DNA of 61,972 bases, counting the filler, from Nitrospinae bacterium RIFCSPLOWO2_12_FULL_45_22 (GTDB lineage: Bacteria; 2-12-FULL-45-22), in assembly GCA_001803565.1 (NCBI GenBank). It is 6 parts of 6 records of this genome, joined end to end, with 100 filler letters (N's around TTAATTAATTAA, not from the genome) between each part and the next. Parts side by side here need not be neighbours in the genome. Positions count along the whole stretch, not along the records: positions 29,314 to 38,913 come from MHDQ01000013.1; positions 39,014 to 55,137 come from MHDQ01000014.1; 4 more parts are not named here. One strand, written 5' to 3'. Position numbers and translations under genes: made by a program. The first letter of the stretch is position 1, and the number at the start of each line of letters is the position of its first letter. The notes under the pieces were generated by a model that did no database searches, had not been told where the DNA came from, and was given only the letters and a program-made list of their open reading frames with translations. Shown here one piece after another: positions 29,461 through 39,327 of the stretch.

Positions 29461-31269
29461 TTATTCAACCCAATACCGGATCCCCCTTCCCTTCGTTTTC
29501 TTTCGATCCAAATCATGCTTATCACTTTTTATCGTCTCTTCCTCTTCGGCCTGGTTCAAAATCTTCCTTGCCTCCGTATCTCCACAGCCTGTCTTCTCTT
29601 TTATTGCTTGTAACAAGATGGATTGGTTATCAACCGAGCCTCCAAATTGGCTAAGAAGCTCCCTAACCCGGATAGGTGGGCAAAGGCTTTCCTCCTCTAT
29701 TGGATAACAAAGTAAGGTCTCAGGATCTCTTTCTAGCAATACAGGCCTCTGTGGTTTTCCTTCTCTGATCTTTACAAATTCTATCTGCAAGACTTGTTTA
29801 TCAGCCTTATCTTTACCTTTCGCAGATAGAGTAATCATCGTATCGGCCCAGTCGTGTATAGCCATCGCTCCCCTGGTACGGTAAGTCGTATTGGTTTCAT
29901 CCTTTAGCGGCTTCCTGAAGTGATGCGTTACTATGACGGCTACTCCGGTTTGATTACAAATGAAAGTTATCCTATCCAAAACCGCCCTCATTTTTGCGTT
30001 GTTGTTTTCTTCCTCTGTGTGAAAGGTTATTAGTGGATCTAGCATCAAGACATCAATTTGATGTTTTTGGATGAGTGAAATTAGTTTTTGCAAGTCTGTA
30101 TCATCTGTTATCTTTAGCTGTGGTCTTTCTGGCTCGACAATAAAGATACCCTCTGGGAGTTCCTTCCCACTACTAAGCATCTTCCTTAACCTGGATTGTA
30201 GGCTGCTGTTAGTCCCTTCCTGAGGGACATATAGGACCTTCACGCCACGCCTCTTTACCTCGAATTTGCCGAGTATGGGTTGTTGTTTAGTAAATTCAAT
30301 CGCCCATTGGAGCATTAGTAGGCTTTTTCCTATTCCTCCTTCGCCAGCTACAATTACTTTACCCAAAGCTGGGATAACTCCTTCTGCTACGATGGCTTGG
30401 CCGGTTTTATACTGGGTTGAGAGAAACTCTCTAAGTGATAGAGCTAATCTGTCTCCATCTTCTAGCTCATAGGGTAGGGCATCTTCATCCAGTTTATATC
30501 TTAAAAGCGCCGCCAGCCTATATTTATTGGCCATCCGTTGACCATCTCTATCCAACCAGTCAGAGATATCTTGTTTCTCTTCGAGTGCGAAGCTCTTGGA
30601 ATGAACGATCCTAATTGATTTTGCATAAGGTTTTAGGCTTTTGGCCACCTGATCTTTATGGATACGCCCCGCCTCATCATTATCATAAAGAACCACTATA
30701 TTGAAGCCCTCGAGCTGTTTTGAGTACTCCTCTCGCCATTTTCCTGCACCAAACGGGCTTGTGGCCGCAACAAACCTTTCAGACCCGCACAGGAGTTCAT
30801 TGAGGGCCATGAGGTTATCGCAGTCTTTTGGGCCTTCGGTTATTACGATAAGAGTGTCTTTATCGGCTTTAGCTATCAGATGAAAATTATAAATGATAGG
30901 CTTTTCATCTCCCAAGCCCCAAGTATAGCCATCTCTGCCGCATGGTCTTCGGATGGCGAACCTTTTACCTCTGAACCGGACTTCTTGGAAAGCAACTGAG
31001 CCATCAGCCCTGCAATAGGAATGAACTGCCTCCATTTCATCCCTAGAATCACCGGCTACTTTAAAGCTAGAATCATATAATCGCCCTTTCCAATCACATC
31101 CAAAGCAGTGATAAAGTTGATCTTCAGGGGAAATAGATAAGCTTTCCTTTCGATCATCATGCTTAGGGCACAGAGCCAACCAATTAGAGCCTATTTTCTT
31201 GGCCACGACAGTGACGACTTGCCGTCGTTCTTTGTCCCATAGCTCAAAGGATTGTGATTGGCTATTCAT
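29461..31269 (-). CDS. Primase-helicase fusion (Zn finger + Toprim + RepA/AAA_25)
   Basis: CPKHDD...CFGC; ITEGPKD, YDNDEAG; Walker A GEGGIGKS, LDP, HHFRK, RGA. Confidence 0.88.
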   Translation of the reverse strand: MNSQSQSFELWDKERRQVVTVVAKKIGSNWLALCPKHDDRKESLSISPEDQLYHCFGCDWKGRLYDSSFKVAGDSRDEMEAVHSYCRADGSVAFQEVRFRGKRFAIRRPCGRDGYTWGLGDEKPIIYNFHLIAKADKDTLIVITEGPKDCDNLMALNELLCGSERFVAATSPFGAGKWREEYSKQLEGFNIVVLYDNDEAGRIHKDQVAKSLKPYAKSIRIVHSKSFALEEKQDISDWLDRDGQRMANKYRLAALLRYKLDEDALPYELEDGDRLALSLREFLSTQYKTGQAIVAEGVIPALGKVIVAGEGGIGKSLLMLQWAIEFTKQQPILGKFEVKRRGVKVLYVPQEGTNSSLQSRLRKMLSSGKELPEGIFIVEPERPQLKITDDTDLQKLISLIQKHQIDVLMLDPLITFHTEEENNNAKMRAVLDRITFICNQTGVAVIVTHHFRKPLKDETNTTYRTRGAMAIHDWADTMITLSAKGKDKADKQVLQIEFVKIREGKPQRPVLLERDPETLLCYPIEEESLCPPIRVRELLSQFGGSVDNQSILLQAIKEKTGCGDTEARKILNQAEEEETIKSDKHDLDRKKTKGRGIRYWVE

Positions 31270-31456
31270 CCCCTGTCTCCTTTGCCCCCATCCGTTCCCG
31301 TCTCAGGGACTCAAGCTCAGCCCGCAGGAAGTACCGATACCCGTTAGGCATCCTTCGCTCTTTCAAGACACCACGTTTAATGCAGTTGTAGACGGCCTGA
31401 TAACTTAAACCAAGATAACGGCTGGCATCACCCGTAAGCATAATTTGAGTATCCAT
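31262..31456 (-). CDS. MerR/excisionase-like HTH protein
   Basis: LTGDASRYLGLS..AVYN..KRG...GYRYF; overlaps the primase start. Confidence 0.8.
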   Translation of the reverse strand: MDTQIMLTGDASRYLGLSYQAVYNCIKRGVLKERRMPNGYRYFLRAELESLRRERMGAKETGDE

Positions 31457-31635
31457 AACATCATCCCTCCTTTTTAAATTTTAAAGCCTTTATAAAGGAT
31501 TATAAATTACCCCCCCCCTGATTATTTTTAAGGTAAATCCAAATTAAATTTACCCCTAAAATAAGCTAATAAAATCAAAGGATTATAAAGGATGGAAAAA
31601 TAGGGATGGAGGATTGAGGAGATTAAGAGAAGGGG

Positions 31636-32472
31636 TTAGTTTTTCTTTTTGACTCTAGGCAAGTCTATTTTCTTCAAGCTCTCTTCCTTTAGACCTAATC
31701 GTTTTAGGGTAGCCTCCTCGGCCAGTTTTTTCGCAGTCTTTAGACCATCTCGGCCATACTTAGTAACAAAAAGGGCTATCTTATTTGATCCTATATGAGA
31801 AGGGCCTAAGCTAATCAATCCATCTAAATCAGGGAATTCTTTCATTAATTCTCTCTGCCAGTCTCTACTATTGCTTTTCATTAGCTCTTCTGCTTTAGCA
31901 ACCACCTTATGAAAATATTCTCCATAGAGCAAAAACGCTGCCTTGATCTTTTCGTCTGAGTAGGGCTTATCTCCCCCTGGTCTCTGTGGGATAATAGCTC
32001 TAATAAACTCCCTATTTTGTTTTCTTAATTCAGTATCAGGGCTAGTTCTAATCTCTTCCAGCCGGGTAGCAACAAACCTACTTACTTCAGGATCAGTGAG
32101 AGTATAAGGAAAGTGCCGGATCAAATAGGATAACCTTTCCCTTATTTTTACTTTACCCTTCTCATCCGCCATTAGGTAGGATTCATTCACGTTCTCAATC
32201 AGTTTAATATCTTTAAGCAACCGCTCTAGTGTTTTTGATGGTTGATCTATTTCCCTCCATAATTGCTCCCGGGCCTTCTCATCTAAATCAAGGTACTCAG
32301 TTAACTTCTTAAGTAGTTCTTTTGGTCGTTTATCCGGTCCATGAGAATATCTATCGGGCAAACTACCAGTCAAGGCATTATCATATCTACTAATAAAATT
32401 ATCTATATCCCATAGTGTTAGCCCTTCAAAAAAATCTTCTTGTTTAGACTTGTTCTGATCTTCCGTAACCAT
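31636..32472 (-). CDS. Hypothetical protein of the element
   Basis: 278-aa ORF with RBS GGAGGT; no motif recognised. Confidence 0.6.
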   Translation of the reverse strand: MVTEDQNKSKQEDFFEGLTLWDIDNFISRYDNALTGSLPDRYSHGPDKRPKELLKKLTEYLDLDEKAREQLWREIDQPSKTLERLLKDIKLIENVNESYLMADEKGKVKIRERLSYLIRHFPYTLTDPEVSRFVATRLEEIRTSPDTELRKQNREFIRAIIPQRPGGDKPYSDEKIKAAFLLYGEYFHKVVAKAEELMKSNSRDWQRELMKEFPDLDGLISLGPSHIGSNKIALFVTKYGRDGLKTAKKLAEEATLKRLGLKEESLKKIDLPRVKKKN

Positions 32473-32507
32473 CCCCTACCTCCCTCAAGTAAGCTCCCTT
32501 TACCGTT

Positions 32508-33053
32508 TTAATCTCCAATAGAAAATATTGAAATGCTTATCTCTCCAATGATTTTAGGCGAACCACTTTGAACTGAGCCAGCTTCGGCCAGCGCAGCAAA
32601 GGCCTGATAAGTACCCGCTGGTAAGCCGGTAGGTAAGGTTATAGAGAAGAAAGGTGTTAGTGGGAAATCGTATCCTGGGCTCAGTTCCAAAGATGTACTG
32701 GCTGGGGTAAAGGTTCTTGGGTCATCTGCTTTGGCTGGTACCAGATTCTTTTGAATGCGAGGGGAGGCAAAAAAGTAGATACTACCATTGGGGGCAATAA
32801 TGCCTAAAAAGATATCTACTATCTGAGTAGTATCAGTAGGATTACTGATGCTAAATGAAAGAGTGAAGGTATCTCCTGGGGAATAGTTACTTTTGTTGCT
32901 GGCTATGGTAATGATGGGCTTAGTGCTTACCACTACTTTTATCTCTTCTGATTGGCTGCTTTCATTACCGGCATTATCAACCGCACTGAGGGACAGGTAA
33001 TAAGTGCCTTCCGGGACATCGGAGGCAGTAAGGGATGTTATCTTACCTAACAT
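32508..33053 (-). pseudogene. C-terminal fragment of an FN3/Ig-like surface protein
   Basis: GTYYLSLSAVDNAGNES (end of an FN3 domain) then an Ig-like domain; no signal peptide. Confidence 0.55.
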
Positions 33054-33089
33054 TATTGGTAGGGCATGGATAATATTTCTTGAATAAAT

Positions 33090-33326
33090 TCATCTAGGTT
33101 TTCTTGGAGATTTCAGACGGCGATTACCTTCTTGTTTTCTCCGTTTAGAATTTTTAAACATACTCAGATCATCATAAATTGTATGACAATAATTACACTC
33201 CCATTTTCCATCCGGTAATTGGTACAGGCGATCATGCTTTTTACCTGGACGACATTTTGTACAACTCTTGTCTGGAGTAATTACCATAGTTTTGTTCTCC
33301 TTAAAAACAACGGCGGTATAGGTCAT
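33090..33326 (-). CDS. Small Zn-ribbon protein
   Basis: CTKC...CNYC. Confidence 0.45.
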   Translation of the reverse strand: MTYTAVVFKENKTMVITPDKSCTKCRPGKKHDRLYQLPDGKWECNYCHTIYDDLSMFKNSKRRKQEGNRRLKSPRKPR

Positions 33327-33358
33327 TACGCGTCTGTTGGAAGCAGTTAGTTAGGTCT

Positions 33359-34273
33359 TTACAGCCCATAATAAGAATTTATCGCTTTCGTTAATACGGA
33401 AGTGGCAACCGAAGAGCTTATTTCCCAACTTCCCTTAGCCGCCTTGTTCATCATTTTTGTCATCCATGACATAACTTTATTGCCAATTTTATTTTGTTTA
33501 GGGTTTTCTTTGCTATCTTGGTGGATTGCCTTTTCGAGGTCGGATATCTCTTTCTCTGATATATTATGGTTTCTTAGATAATTTACTAATGAATCAATGT
33601 CATGTTTTTGAACAGTCAACGCGATCTGAGCAAAATTTGTACTCCCTGCCGCAACATTATGAACATTTCCATAAATATTTGTGTTGAATACCTGCGTGAC
33701 TTTTTCTTGTGGTAATGGAGGTGAATTAATTTGAGCTTCGCCAGCATCGGGCGCTTCGCTTTCTATCTCTAAGACAAAACTAAGAATTTTATTTCTTACA
33801 ACGTCAACTAGGCTAACAACCGAATTAATAGCTATAACTTTCCATGCAGCTACACAATTCATACCTGTATAGAATCTATCCGCAACAGATGCTACGAAAT
33901 CTGGTGGCCAAGGCTCTTGTAGCGCACTTCCCTTAGATTTATTTATGAGAGCCACATAAGCACTGATCGGGTCCATTAAATAGCTATGGCGAAAACTTTC
34001 TTGAAACTTTTCCGGCAAACAGCTTATAGGTATATCAGCATTGCGAAGGCCGCTCCAAAAAGGGCCGGAAAAATGCCCTTTTGAATGGACACTCAAGATT
34101 CTGTAGTCTGGTAAATCCTTAATAGTTTTATATCCATTTAGCTCGAATTCCACCCATTGCTTAAAAGCTTCATTTCCTAGACGAGCAGCTAAAACTTTGC
34201 ACTTCCGAAGCACTACAGATATATCAATTCTAGCATCAATCGCTGCGTCCTGAATATCCCTTAAAAGTGACAT
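33359..34273 (-). CDS. AbiTii-domain protein
   Basis: SLLRDIQ..AID, VLRKCKVLA.RLG, WVEFELNGY, LPDYR; RBS GGAGGT. Confidence 0.75.
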   Translation of the reverse strand: MSLLRDIQDAAIDARIDISVVLRKCKVLAARLGNEAFKQWVEFELNGYKTIKDLPDYRILSVHSKGHFSGPFWSGLRNADIPISCLPEKFQESFRHSYLMDPISAYVALINKSKGSALQEPWPPDFVASVADRFYTGMNCVAAWKVIAINSVVSLVDVVRNKILSFVLEIESEAPDAGEAQINSPPLPQEKVTQVFNTNIYGNVHNVAAGSTNFAQIALTVQKHDIDSLVNYLRNHNISEKEISDLEKAIHQDSKENPKQNKIGNKVMSWMTKMMNKAAKGSWEISSSVATSVLTKAINSYYGL

Positions 34274-34426
34274 TTTCTACCCTCCCTTATAACAAGGCAT
34301 TTTACAATGTTGATTGCTTTTATGAATACTTCCCATCCAGGTAAATAAGTATGACATAATATGGTGGTGATAAATCATTGATTTAATTCTCTATATTGTA
34401 TTTGTGGGCCAATCCGCTCATAGCCA

Positions 34427-34555
34427 TTATCGAAAGAACAAAGGAAACAACCCCCAGGCCATACCATCATTCAGGTTATTCACCATCCCTGCCTGACTGC
34501 AGCTAAACAGGGCTTTATCCCTCCAACTGGTAATTAATAGGATATCGGCCAGGGA
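34427..34555 (-). pseudogene. MFS transporter internal fragment
   Basis: Translates SWRDKALFSCSQAGMVNNLNDGMAWGLFPLFF*, a conserved MFS segment. Confidence 0.6.
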
Positions 34556-34617
34556 TTACCGGCTTATCGGGTCTAGGTTCTCTATCCCCCAAAAGAAGAT
34601 CCCCTTTTTCTCCCAGG

Positions 34618-34782
34618 TTAGTTTTTATCGGTCTTTGAAGAAGGTTCTATTTTTAAGGTCTTCATTGCTTCCTTTAACATATCTCCATATTTTTCAACTT
34701 CTGATGTAGTGGTAGCTGAACTGATCTTATTTACTAATATTTTTATATCGTCCGTAAATTCATCTATTTTCTTCTTACTCAT
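34618..34782 (-). CDS. Small helical protein (54 aa) coupled to the upstream gene
   Basis: MSKKKIDEFTDDIKILVNKISSATTTSEVEKYGDMLKEAMKTLKIEPSSKTDKN; RBS AAGGAG; overlaps the stop at 34775. Confidence 0.6.
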   Translation of the reverse strand: MSKKKIDEFTDDIKILVNKISSATTTSEVEKYGDMLKEAMKTLKIEPSSKTDKN

Positions 34783-35134
34783 TCTCCTTTTCCTCCGGTA
34801 GAATAGAGGTAATTGCCTCCCCTAATTTTTTGGTTTTTCTTTGCCAAATACTTATTTGATGCTTCTCCATTAAACTAATTAGTATACTACCACCTCCTAG
34901 CCCTGCTAATACTGACATTGCGAATTGTTTCCCAAAGGGTGGAGGAGTTAAATCTAACAAATAAATAACAACCCCTGCTACTCCTCCCACAAAGATGGGG
35001 GATAAAAATCCCGGTTCCCATGATCGTCCTTGCTCATCTTCTTTTATTCTTGGATATAAAAACTCCCTCTCAATAATAAGACAATTAAGAATCCCTCCAA
35101 GTACCCCTCCCATGAGTATATAAAATATCTTCAT
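34775..35134 (-). CDS. Small 3-TM protein (DUF4257-like)
   Basis: GGVLGG, PGFL..IFVGGVAG, LAGLGG. Confidence 0.65.
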   Translation of the reverse strand: MKIFYILMGGVLGGILNCLIIEREFLYPRIKEDEQGRSWEPGFLSPIFVGGVAGVVIYLLDLTPPPFGKQFAMSVLAGLGGGSILISLMEKHQISIWQRKTKKLGEAITSILPEEKENE

Positions 35135-35326
35135 TTTAGTTAATCGTCTTTTTTCCCATAAAAAACTCTAAAGGTTCTCTAAAGGTCATATCAAAATTCT
35201 ACCATATTTTACCCTATTCTAGCCAATGAAAATTAAAAAGATTTCTTTAAGCAAAATGCTTTAGTATCAAGGGTTTAGCCTTACCTGTAAGGGTCTTGGC
35301 TAAACCCCTGATTTGGCCCAGTTTTA

Positions 35327-35373
35327 GATTCCTAATCCCTAGGTCGGACGTTCGAGTCGTCTCGGGGGTACCA
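35327..35373 (+). pseudogene. 3' half of tRNA-Arg(CCT), probable att site
   Basis: Anticodon loop TTCCTAA, T-arm GGACG-TTCGAGT-CGTCT, CGGGGGT-A-CCA; no D-arm or 5' acceptor strand. Confidence 0.85.
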
Positions 35374-35567
35374 ATAAAATCAAGCTACCATATCCCAAAT
35401 GGCCCGCCTGCCGGAGTCATGAAATATCTGTCTTTCTAGTCCGGCCTTTTCACAGACTTTCAGCTATGCCCTCTTAAGTCCCACTGCAAGAAAAGCATCC
35501 TACCCCCATTATTATTGGTGGTATCGGAGTCAATATAGATAATACCTGGAGTTGATAGAAAAAAGAG

Positions 35568-35597
35568 TTGACATAGGGGGATACCATCATTTATTAT
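35568..35597 (+). promoter_or_regulatory. sigma70-like promoter
   Basis: TTGACA-N18-TATTAT. Confidence 0.5.
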
Positions 35598-35729
35598 CGG
35601 TGAAGAAGTTTTTTGAGGTAAATTTAAAGAAGGCAAGGGGATAATGAGAAAAGAGAGGTTTTTTGGCAAGTATCAAGTATATAGAAAAGCTGACCCAGTT
35701 TGGTCTATTTTGCGTAGGAGGAGAGTAAG

Positions 35730-37040
35730 GTGACATCTAAAGTTTATTTTATGGATGATCGGGCTATGGCCCCAGAAGAGAGTCTAGTAGCTAAGATGTT
35801 GACCGTTGCAGAGGCCGCGGGTTTTGACGAGATAATCGAACCAGGCAAAACCGTGGCTATTAAGCTCCATATGGGCGAGTATAATAATACCGCTTATCTA
35901 AGACCCAGTTATGTCCGGGCATTAGTGGATAAGGTAAAGGCATTGGGGGGAGAGCCAGTGGTAATGGATACTACTACCCTGCCATATCTGCCCTTCCCAT
36001 CCAGGGCTACCGCGGTAGATTACCTAAAGACCGTGGAGAGGAACGGGTTTAATTCTGGTACCGTTGGTTGCCCCATTGTGGTAGCTGACGGCTTTGTAGG
36101 GACAGATGACGTAAGGTTAGATTTGCCGGAAGGGTTTGTCTTGAAAGAGCAGTATGTAGCTACCGGCTTTGCCTTAGCCGATGCGATGATTGTCTTGAGC
36201 CATTTCAAGGGGCATCCATTAGGTACCTTCGGTGGCTCAATCAAGAATATGGGCGTAGGTTGTGCATCCAAAAGGGGAAAACTCAATCTACACCTGGGTG
36301 GACATCCCAAGTATGGATTAAAAGCCCGTCCTTTTAATCCTCATATGTGCAGAGGCAAGGAATGCGAAAGGTGGATGCTTTGCCAGACTTGTTGCCCCCG
36401 GTACTGTTTCACCGTTACTGAGCATTCTATTGAATGGAATAGGGACAAATGCGTGGGTTGTTTTGCCTGTCTATTTGTTACTATGTTGTGCGGGGTCTTT
36501 GGTGTAGTAGAAGACTTTTTCGATGTCAGTGCTGCCGGTATAGCCGACTCTGCCTTAGCTGTCACCAAGACCTTCCTGCCCAATAAGATAGGTTATATCA
36601 ATATGGCTATTGATATCTCACCCTGGTGTGACTGTGTAAACTTCAGTGATAGGGCCTTTGTACCCAACCTGGGTGTTTTTGCCTCTAAAGACCCGGTAGC
36701 CGTGGATAGGGCCTGTATAGATATGGCCAGGGACTCTATAGGCATGCCCGGCTCTATTGCGGAAGAGAAAGGGGCTATTAGCCCCGGTATTCCTAAATTC
36801 TCTGCTTGTGCCTCTTTTCTTGGTGTGAGTGAGAATATCCAGATCAAGACAGGCGAACGGATAGGGTTAGGTAGTCTGGATTATGAATTGGTCCATCAAA
36901 AACCGGGTGACCCGACTAAGTTCTTGTTCACTACGGTACCGGCGGGGTTAAAATTTGGGCCTTATTTTGAGAAGACCCCTATTTATCCCGAAGGTGGATT
37001 CAGACAACTAATGGAAGTACCTATAGAGGAGGTAAGATAG
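35730..37040 (+). CDS. DUF362 Fe-S protein
   Basis: IKLHMGE, ADG, SHFKGH..GG.IKN.G.GCAS, ferredoxin-like Cys cluster, PWCDC, DPVAVD. Confidence 0.88.
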   Translation: MTSKVYFMDDRAMAPEESLVAKMLTVAEAAGFDEIIEPGKTVAIKLHMGEYNNTAYLRPSYVRALVDKVKALGGEPVVMDTTTLPYLPFPSRATAVDYLKTVERNGFNSGTVGCPIVVADGFVGTDDVRLDLPEGFVLKEQYVATGFALADAMIVLSHFKGHPLGTFGGSIKNMGVGCASKRGKLNLHLGGHPKYGLKARPFNPHMCRGKECERWMLCQTCCPRYCFTVTEHSIEWNRDKCVGCFACLFVTMLCGVFGVVEDFFDVSAAGIADSALAVTKTFLPNKIGYINMAIDISPWCDCVNFSDRAFVPNLGVFASKDPVAVDRACIDMARDSIGMPGSIAEEKGAISPGIPKFSACASFLGVSENIQIKTGERIGLGSLDYELVHQKPGDPTKFLFTTVPAGLKFGPYFEKTPIYPEGGFRQLMEVPIEEVR

Positions 37041-37044
37041 GATC

Positions 37045-38895
37045 ATGAAAGGATACATGGGCAAACTAATCAGGGTGAATCTTACCAAAGGCGAGATCAA
37101 GACCGAAGAATTAGATCCCAAAAAGGCTCGTGACTATATTGGCGGTGCGGGCTTAGGCACCAGGATATGTTATGATGAGATCCCTACCGGGGCTGACCCT
37201 TTAGGCCCAGCCAATAAGCTGGTGTTTATGACCGGGCCGGTCACGGCTACCAAATTCCCTACCTCAGCCCGCTACGAAGTCTGTACTAAATCACCCCTTA
37301 CCGGTATCTGGGTAGATGCCTCTTCTTCGGGCTTCTGGGGAACTCAGTTCAAGACTACAGGTCATGATGGCATAATTATTGAAGGCGCCTCAAGCAAACC
37401 GGTCTATCTCTGGATTGACAATGATCGTATAGAGTTGCGTGATGCTAGCCATTTATGGGGCAAAGATAGCTTCGAGACCCAGGATATTATCATAAATGAA
37501 GTAGGCGATAAAAAGGCACGGGTTACCTGCATTGGTCAGGCGGGCGAGCGGGAAGTATTGCTCTCTGCTGTGATGAATGACGAGGGCCGGGCCGCTGGCC
37601 GGGCGGGGGTCGGTGCGGTCATGGGCTCTAAAAAATTAAAAGCTATTGCCGCTCGCGGTACCCGTAAGGTAGAAGTAGCAGATGATGAGACCTTTTCTAC
37701 CTTTTGCAAAAAAATGATCCAGGGACTGACCAAACACCCGCTGGTAGAGGCCCTTGGAGTTTATGGCACTGCTTGTATGCTGGATCAGGGCTGGGTAACC
37801 GGTGATATCCCCTTAAAGAATTGGGCTAAAGGCTATTGGAAGGAAGGCTGTGTGGCTATTGGGGGGAAGAAGATGGCCGATACCATCTTGAAGCCCCATG
37901 CCGCCTGCTTCAACTGCCCCATCCGCTGCGCCCGCTGGATCAAGATAGAGAGCGGCAAATATGCTATGGAAGGGCCAGGGCCAGAATATGAAAGCTTGAC
38001 CTCCCTGGGTGTCCTCTGTATGAATGATGACCTGGAGAATATCTGTTACGCTAATGATCTTTGTAACCGCTACGGGCTGGATACAATATCAACGGGCTCG
38101 GCTATTGCCTTTGCTATGGAGGCATACGAAAAAGGGGCCCTGACCAAAGATGATACCGGTGGTCTGGACCTCTCCTGGGGTAATGCGGAGGCAGTTATTG
38201 AGCTTACCCGGCTCATCGGCCAGAGAAAGGGCTTAGGGGAACTGCTAGGCAAGGGTGTCAAGCGGGCAGCGGAAGCCATTGGTAAAGGTAGTGAAAAGTA
38301 TGCCGTCCATGTAAAAGGGCTAGAAGTACCCATGCATGACCCCCGGGCCTATCATAGCATGGCGGTCAATTATGCTACTTCACCCCGGGGGGCTTGCCAT
38401 CTACACGGTGGTCCTTTTATGTTCGAGTTGGGTTTTATTGCCCCAGAGGCTGGAGTTACTTATAAACCAGGTCGCTTCGATAAGAAGGGTAAAGGGCTTC
38501 TGGCAAAAGCGGCCCAGGATCTGGCCAGTTTAATCAACTCTTTAGTAGTCTGCTTCTTTGCCGGTATGGGCTTGCAGCCACTGCACCATATGGTACTGCT
38601 TAATACCGTTACTGGTGCGGGATATACTACCAAAGAGCTGTTGCTTATCGGCGAGAGGATATCTAACCTCCAGCGGGCCTTCAACCTCCGCTGCGGTATC
38701 ACGGCCGTGGATGATAAATTACCACCCCGATTATTGGAGCCTACACCGGATGGTGGTGCAGCCGGTAGGGTACCGGATATAAAATTTCAGTTGGAGGAAT
38801 ATTATCAGGTACGAGGCTGGGATGCTAAGGGCATCCCTACCAAGCAGAAATTGCAAGAATTGGGCCTGGAAGAAGTCATCAAAGACTTGTATTGA
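37045..38895 (+). CDS. aor: Tungsten aldehyde:ferredoxin oxidoreductase family
   Basis: KSPLTG, GRAGVGAVMGSKKLKA, CFNCPIRC, GPEYES, GLDTIS, DPR, RGACH. Confidence 0.93.
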   Translation: MKGYMGKLIRVNLTKGEIKTEELDPKKARDYIGGAGLGTRICYDEIPTGADPLGPANKLVFMTGPVTATKFPTSARYEVCTKSPLTGIWVDASSSGFWGTQFKTTGHDGIIIEGASSKPVYLWIDNDRIELRDASHLWGKDSFETQDIIINEVGDKKARVTCIGQAGEREVLLSAVMNDEGRAAGRAGVGAVMGSKKLKAIAARGTRKVEVADDETFSTFCKKMIQGLTKHPLVEALGVYGTACMLDQGWVTGDIPLKNWAKGYWKEGCVAIGGKKMADTILKPHAACFNCPIRCARWIKIESGKYAMEGPGPEYESLTSLGVLCMNDDLENICYANDLCNRYGLDTISTGSAIAFAMEAYEKGALTKDDTGGLDLSWGNAEAVIELTRLIGQRKGLGELLGKGVKRAAEAIGKGSEKYAVHVKGLEVPMHDPRAYHSMAVNYATSPRGACHLHGGPFMFELGFIAPEAGVTYKPGRFDKKGKGLLAKAAQDLASLINSLVVCFFAGMGLQPLHHMVLLNTVTGAGYTTKELLLIGERISNLQRAFNLRCGITAVDDKLPPRLLEPTPDGGAAGRVPDIKFQLEEYYQVRGWDAKGIPTKQKLQELGLEEVIKDLY

Positions 38896-38913
38896 TTAAT
38901 TTAGGGACGCAGA

Positions 38914-39013
38914 NNNNNNNNNNNNNNNNNNNNNNNNNNNNNNNNNNNNNNNNNNNNTTAATTAATTAANNNNNNNNNNNNNNNNNNNNNNNNNNNNNNN
39001 NNNNNNNNNNNNN
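38914..39013. other. Artificial contig linker
   Basis: N-run with TTAATTAATTAA. Confidence 0.99.
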
Positions 39014-39149
39014 CTTTTATCTTTACTAAGGCATCCAGTACCGTAGAACTCTGATCCATAGACAGGCGATATTCCTGAAAAAATGGACTCTCACTTCCCT
39101 CCGGATCAAAGCGCCAAACCCGAATTGAAAATTCTTGCTCTCCTTTCAT
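39014..39149 (-). CDS. sdhB: Succinate dehydrogenase/fumarate reductase FeS subunit, N-terminus
   Basis: VWRFDPE...FQEY...TVLDALVKIK, downstream of sdhA. Confidence 0.8.
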
Positions 39150-39327
39150 CGAAGCCTTTCACCAAGTACAATTTTCCTAAACCTTCAAGCATCCTTCATT
39201 TCTCCTAAAAAGTAGTTAACATTTTTAGGCAATGAAATTATTTTTTACCGCAGAGACGCAGAGAATAACCCTAAACCGGACCACCAATAGTCTTCTCTGC
39301 GCCTCTGCGGTGAACGCTTGTCTTTCA

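Larger units (their letters stand above)
29314..35373 (-). mobile_element. tRNA-integrated satellite-like element / genomic island (right part)
   Basis: Primase-helicase, excisionase-like HTH and accessory genes, bounded by a tRNA 3' fragment. Confidence 0.7.

Noticed and set aside
35300-35373. Functional tRNA-Arg gene
   Set aside because: No 5' acceptor strand or D-arm; only the 3' half is present
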